From Candidatus Saccharimonadota bacterium (GTDB taxonomy: Bacteria > Patescibacteriota > Saccharimonadia > CAILAD01 > GCA-016700035), in NCBI GenBank assembly GCA_046350755.1, contig JAXLZV010000003.1, positions 1 to 61,511 on the forward strand: a DNA stretch of 61,511 nt. The letters run 5' to 3'. Position 1 is the stretch's first letter, and every line of letters begins with the position of its first letter. This document shows, piece after piece, positions 55,860 through 61,511 of this stretch. The translations under genes were made by a program, and so were the position numbers. The notes beneath the pieces were generated by a model that did no database searches, was not told the origin of the DNA, and was given only the letters and a program-made list of their open reading frames with translations.

Positions 55860-56141
55860 TTATTCAGCCAAGGCGACGGATACAACAGTCTTGCGCTGCT
55901 TTGAGCCGGTGAAGTTCGTCTTACGAGCCTGGCGGAAGCTAACCACCCCGGCTTCAGCTGCGTGGATGGTGTAATCTTTCCCGACAAAGGTGCGTTCACC
56001 AGCTTCATATTTATTACCACGCTGACGCAAGATAATATCGCCTGGCTTGACGACTTGACCACCGAATAGCTTAACTCCGAGGCGGCGGCCAGCGGAATCG
56101 CGTCCGTTTTTTGTTGACCCACCAGCTTTTGTCTTCGACAT
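55860..56141 (-). CDS. rpmA: 50S ribosomal protein L27
   Basis: KAGGSTKNGRDSAGRRLGVK, IILRQRG, DYTIHA. Confidence 0.97.
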   Translation of the reverse strand: MSKTKAGGSTKNGRDSAGRRLGVKLFGGQVVKPGDIILRQRGNKYEAGERTFVGKDYTIHAAEAGVVSFRQARKTNFTGSKQRKTVVSVALAE

Positions 56142-56147
56142 GGCGAA

Positions 56148-57299
56148 TTAATCCTTGCTTAATTTGATGATTGAGCGCCCGACGGATTGATGACTGCGGT
56201 GATAACTGAGTCGATCGAGCCCGCGGGGCGCAAACTGCCTAAGAGTATACCCCATATCAGATAGATCGTCAAGGATATCAAGCTGTAAAACCGGCTTGCC
56301 GCTAGGGTGCCATTCAGGTAGGGCGAGTACGATCATCAGCGGCCCGTCAAAGCGCTGCAGACGACGGAAAAAGTCTAGGTAGAGTGGCTTGAGCTCAAGG
56401 GCTTCACGCTGCATGCGCGCCAGCTCAGTTTGTGCAAAGTCAGGGTTTCCCAGATAGCCCTCGGCGACAATGTGCGTAGTTTGCGGTGGCAGGCTGAGTT
56501 GGCGAGCATCTTGCTGGCGGATCAAAGCTTCGTGGTGAGGTAAATGATACGTGGCTTCCAGCCAGGCTAAATTTTGTTGAGTAGCACGCACCATGGCATC
56601 TGAGATGTCGCTCCCCGATACGCGTGCGTCCATGAGCCGTGCTTCTTGGAGCACTACTCCAGTACCGCAGAATGGGTCATGAACGTGTGATTGGGGGGTG
56701 ATTTCGGCCAAATTTAAGAGGATTTGGGCAAGTTTTGGGGGGAGCATACCGACGCGGGCATCACGAGCTGGTCGGCCGCGATCACGTAAGCCATAGGATT
56801 CGATATCTTGAAACCAGGTGGTTCGACCAATCGCGAGCTGCTGATCGGGCCCCTCGAGGATGATGAGCTCGGCGTTCGGGGTGTCGACTAAGCGATTATT
56901 CAAGAGTTGGCCGGCATTTAAGAGGTTATCGGTCTTTGGGTAAACGAGGCGGAGCTTGCGGCCGTAACGCTCGGCATAGGCCCGCTTGAACTTGCCTCCT
57001 ACCCGCATGAGCTCACGAGCCGGTAGGGCCGGCGCCGACAAGCCGACACTCACTTTTGAAGTCTCAGCATCTATTTCCCCAAGGGCCACGACCAGCTCGG
57101 CGGCAAGGTGGGTCGATCGTTTGAGGGCAGATGCCACAATTTTGCCACCCCGCATAACTCCCCCGAGACGATTCCAGGCTGGAGTGGCACCGAGACCAAA
57201 GGCGACGTTGTGAGTAAATACCAGCTCGCCTTGGGTTTGGGCGGCCAATTCAGCTTCTGAAAGTGCGGTCTCACGACCAAGTAGGGCAAACCATTGCAT
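56148..57299 (-). CDS. TRM11-like SAM-dependent (tRNA) methyltransferase
   Basis: GMLPPKLAQILLNL, DPFCGTGVVLQEA, GSDIS, EGYLG; ATG 57299. Confidence 0.85.
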   Translation of the reverse strand: MQWFALLGRETALSEAELAAQTQGELVFTHNVAFGLGATPAWNRLGGVMRGGKIVASALKRSTHLAAELVVALGEIDAETSKVSVGLSAPALPARELMRVGGKFKRAYAERYGRKLRLVYPKTDNLLNAGQLLNNRLVDTPNAELIILEGPDQQLAIGRTTWFQDIESYGLRDRGRPARDARVGMLPPKLAQILLNLAEITPQSHVHDPFCGTGVVLQEARLMDARVSGSDISDAMVRATQQNLAWLEATYHLPHHEALIRQQDARQLSLPPQTTHIVAEGYLGNPDFAQTELARMQREALELKPLYLDFFRRLQRFDGPLMIVLALPEWHPSGKPVLQLDILDDLSDMGYTLRQFAPRGLDRLSYHRSHQSVGRSIIKLSKD

Positions 57300-57375
57300 A
57301 GCGTCCACTATACGGGCTGACTGCGGTAGCTACAACAAGGTCGCCAAAATTCGGCTGAGGCCGTAAACTAGGATT

Positions 57376-58401
57376 ATGAAGTTTCGTCATTTCGCTTTTT
57401 TCCTGATGCTCATCTTGCTCGGATTGCTGGTATTGCGTAACCAAGGTCAGATTCAGCAGTTTATTGATCTCTTTCGTGAGCTCAATTTTCTGATCCTACT
57501 CCTGATTTTGCCGGTGCGGTTTGGGTATTACTGGTCAAACAGTCGCTTTTACGAACATTTCTTTAAGCTCTATCGTAAACATATTCCTTTTAAGGAGTTG
57601 TTTGCGGGGGTGGTTGGTATGAATTTTGTGAATACTGTGGTGCCGACTGCTGGTCTGTCGGGAGCAGCCTATTTTGCACAGATATTTAAGCGCGATGTTA
57701 CCCAGCGTCAGTCATATTTGGCGCAGTTTTTTTGGTATATTGCCACTTTTCTCAGCCTCGTGATTGCGCTGGGGATTAGTTTTACTATCTTATTCTTCTC
57801 GCAATCAATTGCCCAAATCAGCTTCCGGCTGACACTCATCGTGACGAGCTTCGTGTTGCTGGTTGCTTTAGCGGTCATCGCAGTAACCTTAAACCCACGT
57901 CTATTTGAGAGGCTGTTATTTATTATGACGCGGCCAATTAACTGGCTGCTGAAGCTCATTCGCAAGGGCGCAATCGACGAGCGACAAACCAAGCGTTTCG
58001 TGGACGGCTATACATCATTAATCGAGTTATTTTCAACCGATCCTCGTCAGGCGATACGGCCGTTTACTGATGCCTTACTATGTATCGGCTTCGAAGTCTT
58101 GAGTATCTATATCGTCTTTCTCGCGTTTGGTAACTGGGTGAATCCGGGCGCGGTCGGCGCTTCGTATGTCTTTGCCCTGTTGTTATCTGGACTGTCCTTC
58201 TTCACGTCAGGCATCGGGATGTATGAGGCAACGATGGTAGCAGTCGCGGTGGCTCTGGGTATACCTTTTAACTTGGCGTTCGGCGTGACAGCTGTCTATC
58301 GCTTGATTGCGCTCTGGCTATTTATCCCCATTGGCTTGTATTTTTACAAGCGACAAACCATTGATAAAGTCCATCAAGCTGAGCAGTCAGATGGAAAATG
58401 A
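57376..58401 (+). CDS. Lysylphosphatidylglycerol synthase TM-like (UPF0104) membrane protein
   Basis: FVNTVVPTAGLSG, GIGMYEATM, YRLIALWL; about 8 TM. Confidence 0.85.
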   Translation: MKFRHFAFFLMLILLGLLVLRNQGQIQQFIDLFRELNFLILLLILPVRFGYYWSNSRFYEHFFKLYRKHIPFKELFAGVVGMNFVNTVVPTAGLSGAAYFAQIFKRDVTQRQSYLAQFFWYIATFLSLVIALGISFTILFFSQSIAQISFRLTLIVTSFVLLVALAVIAVTLNPRLFERLLFIMTRPINWLLKLIRKGAIDERQTKRFVDGYTSLIELFSTDPRQAIRPFTDALLCIGFEVLSIYIVFLAFGNWVNPGAVGASYVFALLLSGLSFFTSGIGMYEATMVAVAVALGIPFNLAFGVTAVYRLIALWLFIPIGLYFYKRQTIDKVHQAEQSDGK

Positions 58402-59590
58402 AGTTCTCAGCGTAAGTGAGTTACGCGACTACATCAATCAGACTCTTACCTATGCATATCCACTGATTGTCGTACAGGGTGAAGTCTCTGGCTATAAGGT
58501 CAATCAAGGTAAATGGGTATTTTTTGACCTCAAAGATGCCGAGACGACGATTAGCTGTTTTATGACCACATATCAGTTGAAAACGGTACTTGAAGACGGG
58601 ATGCTGATTCGCGTAGCGGCGACTCCGAACCTGACGAAGTGGGGGCGTTTTTCATTAACGGTGAAGTCGGTCGAATTGGCGGGTGAAGGTGAGGTGAAGC
58701 GAGCCTTCGATCTGCTGAAAGCTCAGTTTGAACGAGAAGGGCTGTTTGATCCGGCTCGTAAGCGCGTTTTGCCCGCCTTCCCGCAGCGCATCGGACTGAT
58801 TACTTCAACCGAGGCTGCTGCTTACAATGATTTTGTGACGATCGCACGCGATCGCTGGCCGCTGGTTGAGATCATGCACACTCACGTTCATGTTCAAGGC
58901 ATGCAGGCTCCAGCCGATGTGGTGCGGGCGATTCAATCGTTCAATCTCAATCAAGCTGACTTGGATGCTCTGGTGGTGATTCGGGGTGGTGGGAGTGCCG
59001 AAGATTTGCAGGCCTTTAACCATGAGGATGTGGTGCGGGCGGTGTATGGGAGTCATATTCCGACTATCGTTGGGATTGGACATGAAGATGATGTGAGTTT
59101 GGCTGAGTTGGCGGCGGACGTGCGCGCGGCAACACCGACTGACGCCGCCCGACGATTACTGCCAGATCAACATGATGTGGCGCGGCAATTACGGGCCTTG
59201 GCAGAACGGCAAAGCCGAGCCACCCGTGATCACTTGCAAGCCGTGGCGCGTCAGATAGCAATATTCGAGTCGCATGTGCGGCGAGTATATCGAGTGGCAG
59301 GTGGCCAACTCACTACGCTGTCTGATCGACTGGATCGAGCCATGCAGCGACGCCTGACGGATTGGCGACATACCCTAGATCTAATGCGTCGAACGCTGGA
59401 TGGTGCGAACCCGAGTCGAATCCTTGCTCGGGGCTATGCCATAGCGCGGGTCCGTGATCAGGTAGTACATGCCCCCGACCAGATTCGCCCAGGAGATGCG
59501 GTGATGCTACAATTGCATAAAGGAACAATAACGTTGCATTCAGGAGGGGAAGATGACCAAACCGATAGCCAAATCAGCCTCGACCTTTAA
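58391..59590 (+). CDS. xseA: Exodeoxyribonuclease VII large subunit
   Basis: LSVSEL, VQGEVSG, RIGLITS, RGGGSAEDL, GIGHEDD, TPTDAA, LARGYA. Confidence 0.95.
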   Translation: MENEVLSVSELRDYINQTLTYAYPLIVVQGEVSGYKVNQGKWVFFDLKDAETTISCFMTTYQLKTVLEDGMLIRVAATPNLTKWGRFSLTVKSVELAGEGEVKRAFDLLKAQFEREGLFDPARKRVLPAFPQRIGLITSTEAAAYNDFVTIARDRWPLVEIMHTHVHVQGMQAPADVVRAIQSFNLNQADLDALVVIRGGGSAEDLQAFNHEDVVRAVYGSHIPTIVGIGHEDDVSLAELAADVRAATPTDAARRLLPDQHDVARQLRALAERQSRATRDHLQAVARQIAIFESHVRRVYRVAGGQLTTLSDRLDRAMQRRLTDWRHTLDLMRRTLDGANPSRILARGYAIARVRDQVVHAPDQIRPGDAVMLQLHKGTITLHSGGEDDQTDSQISLDL

Positions 59591-59810
59591 AGAAGACCTA
59601 GCCGAGCTCGAGACGCTAACCACTCAGCTCGAATCTGATGATATTGATCTAGATACGGCCCTCAAAGCATTTGAGAAGGGTAGTGAGTTGGTTAGTCGAC
59701 TGCAGTCTCAGCTTGAGGCCGCAGAACTGAAAATTACTCAGATACAGGCTCAGGCCAGTGGGTCGACTCGCGAGGATGCCCCAGAAGAGGAATCCTTGGC
59801 AGATAGCTAG
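59553..59810 (+). CDS. xseB: Exodeoxyribonuclease VII small subunit
   Basis: FKEDLAELETL..LE..DIDLDTALKAFEKG..L..AELKI. Confidence 0.93.
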   Translation: MTKPIAKSASTFKEDLAELETLTTQLESDDIDLDTALKAFEKGSELVSRLQSQLEAAELKITQIQAQASGSTREDAPEEESLADS

Positions 59811-59843
59811 ACAAAAACCTACAATTGTGGTATAGTACCGCGC

Positions 59844-60254
59844 ATGCACAATGATTATGCCACTATTCTCTTAAAACAGTACTCCAGCGCCAGCAATGAG
59901 CGCTCGGCTGCCCACGCTATGCGCGTGCTTGATCGTCATATTCTGGAAGCCTTTCCGGCTGAGAAGCGCGAGGTAGTTCAGCAGCTCTTACCAGGCCTGA
60001 CCCGTCGTCGCCTAGGGGCACGTTTTGGTCTCACTCGTAAGTTACCAACTGGCGAGGCTTTGGCTTACCCGGTGCTGATAGATAAAGTTCGTCGTGAACT
60101 GAGTTTAACTGACGAAGCCGAAGCTCAATCAATGTTTGATGCTTATCTCAAAGCTCATTTGTCGCTCATGACCAATAGCACCCGTCTGCAGTTTGCTTCA
60201 CTGTGTGAAGGCGATATACTGCGCTCGTATTTGCGGACCGTCGACGTTAGCTAA
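59844..60254 (+). CDS. Hypothetical protein
   Basis: 136-aa helical ORF; TATAGT 7 nt upstream of ATG. Confidence 0.7.
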   Translation: MHNDYATILLKQYSSASNERSAAHAMRVLDRHILEAFPAEKREVVQQLLPGLTRRRLGARFGLTRKLPTGEALAYPVLIDKVRRELSLTDEAEAQSMFDAYLKAHLSLMTNSTRLQFASLCEGDILRSYLRTVDVS

Positions 60255-60258
60255 GACC

Positions 60259-61119
60259 ATGCGTGAGGGTGAACCACGACTCATACTACAGACCGACCAA
60301 GCGCCGTCGGCTGGTTTATTATTTACATTATTGCCCGGACCCGCCACACGATCGCATCCGGCGCTAGTGGGTGGTAGTCGGCAGGGCTTTGCGCAATTGT
60401 CGGCAGCGTTTGAGTTGACACAGCTCGTAAAATTGCAGCCAAAGCTCATCGCTTCAGCCGAATTAGCTCATGCTCTGGCAGCGTTACCATCGGTCGCAGT
60501 ATTACCCGTACAATCACGTGAGCTACTCAGCTCGAGTGGCTGGCAGGCACTTCAGGATAGCGACTGCGTATTCATTGGTCTCGACATGCATCTTGCAAGT
60601 AGTCAGCAGATTATACTCTCGCAGGTCATGCGGACGTTGAGTACGCTCATGGTGTGCACCGATGAGCTCGCCGCGATGTTTCGATTTGAGCCAGAACTCT
60701 TGCGCCTATCAACAATTATCCCATTTTTACGCGTTGAATCCCTGAAGCGCCAGGCACTCGGACTACAAGTCCCGGTGCGCTCGACCGAGGCGCGTGGGGT
60801 CTATGGAGTAGCTGACGTGCTGCGGAGCGTTGATGCTTTAGGGCCACTACTGATTGCCTACACCGATAATCATTGGTATAGCTATGTCCGATCTGAGGAT
60901 TGCGTTGTACACTCGCCGTTGCCCGCGGGGAGTACGGTGGAGGAATTTATTCGAATTTATTGGGTGGCACTTTGTCTGACGGTATTTGCTCGTGGGCAGG
61001 TGGCATCATTGCTCGAGCGTGTACAGGTGGCACATTATTTGACTCACCAAGTGCTTGCTCAGGCGAACCCGTTGACGAGTGATCAAGCTCACTCACTCAC
61101 ACGCCTCCTAGAGGGCTAG
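60259..61119 (+). CDS. Hypothetical protein, possibly degenerate NnrD/YjeF-C (ribokinase-like) fold
   Basis: LVGGSRQGFA and DCVFIGLD positioned like the NnrD-like proteins of CPR; canonical catalytic GxGD not seen. Confidence 0.5.
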   Translation: MREGEPRLILQTDQAPSAGLLFTLLPGPATRSHPALVGGSRQGFAQLSAAFELTQLVKLQPKLIASAELAHALAALPSVAVLPVQSRELLSSSGWQALQDSDCVFIGLDMHLASSQQIILSQVMRTLSTLMVCTDELAAMFRFEPELLRLSTIIPFLRVESLKRQALGLQVPVRSTEARGVYGVADVLRSVDALGPLLIAYTDNHWYSYVRSEDCVVHSPLPAGSTVEEFIRIYWVALCLTVFARGQVASLLERVQVAHYLTHQVLAQANPLTSDQAHSLTRLLEG

Positions 61120-61511
61120 GCCGGCTCAGGCAGATAGTTACGCTTTGGGGCGGCCGGGCTTTGGCTAGGGCTCGGAGTTTTAGATTCGGTTGGCTTACCG
61201 AAGCCAAAAAAACTTTTTACTTGATCGAAGAATGAAGGGGCATTGCCCGGCAGGGCGGCCTTGGTGTCGTTAGCAGTGATGGCCACAGCAGCTTTATCTT
61301 CCGGTTTGACCGGTGATGGTTGAATCTGGTTGGCAGTAATGATCAGCCGCTTCCAGCTTGTTCCTGGAGGTGTACAGGTGATCAGCGTTAGAATTGGCTG
61401 AGTGGTTGGCTGCAGGACGGATATCTCGGTTGGCTCAACGACCTTTGAGCCAGCCACTTGGTAGACATATTTGCGCTTTTGATAATTGATTTGAATCTGG
61501 TCACCGGGGGC
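61116..61511 (-). CDS. Sortase, C-terminal part (5' end beyond window)
   Basis: Frame open to the window edge (APGDQIQINYQKRKYVYQV), LTLITCTPPGTSWKRLII = TLxTC...R catalytic motif. Confidence 0.9.
   Translation of the reverse strand, partial: APGDQIQINYQKRKYVYQVAGSKVVEPTEISVLQPTTQPILTLITCTPPGTSWKRLIITANQIQPSPVKPEDKAAVAITANDTKAALPGNAPSFFDQVKSFFGFGKPTESKTPSPSQSPAAPKRNYLPEPA

Noticed and set aside
1-61511. Alternative genetic code (UGA = Gly, code 25)
   Set aside because: TGA ends full-length rodA, the diguanylate cyclase and ftsX at normal positions, and conserved genes have no internal TGA
1-61511. tRNA, rRNA, CRISPR array or IS elements
   Set aside because: No cloverleaf/T-loop signatures, regularly spaced repeats or transposase motifs recognised

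Overview
A compact bacterial chromosome segment that looks like Patescibacteria/CPR, probably Saccharibacteria-related. This assignment is inferred from gene content (class I LysRS, type-2 IleRS, DUF5663-like protein, sortase, Rpf, typical CPR hypotheticals), not from a marker gene. Standard code 11 is used. Most of the window is housekeeping: division and shape (ftsA, ftsZ, rodA, mreBCD, mrdA, ftsEX plus two CHAP hydrolases, ctpA, murA), translation (ileS, lysS, serS, rpsB, tsf, frr, prfA, prfB, prmC, rplU, rpmE, rpmA, hpf), parAB, secA, lepB, greA, nrdR, trxB, pyrG and xseAB. No tRNA, rRNA, CRISPR array, integrase or transposase was recognised by eye. The main unexplained signals are: (1) an orphan-gene array between secA and prfB (37.9-45.9 kb) plus a lone orphan at the usual pyrH position; several of these share a G(T/C)ACCT(TC) leader motif, strong SD sequences and UUCG-type 3' hairpins, two of the hairpins are near-identical 21 kb apart, and one gene is bracketed by a perfect 13-bp inverted repeat; (2) about 20 core genes with a -10 hexamer 6-11 nt before the start codon and no SD, suggesting widespread leaderless translation; (3) a ~175-nt structured leader with partial c-di-AMP (ydaO)-riboswitch features upstream of an Rpf gene; (4) structured leaders on greA and rpsB; (5) a probable ATC start for mrdA, an Asp-type MurA, and an LPXTG protein with a sortase. 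All family calls come from motif recognition; no database search was run.
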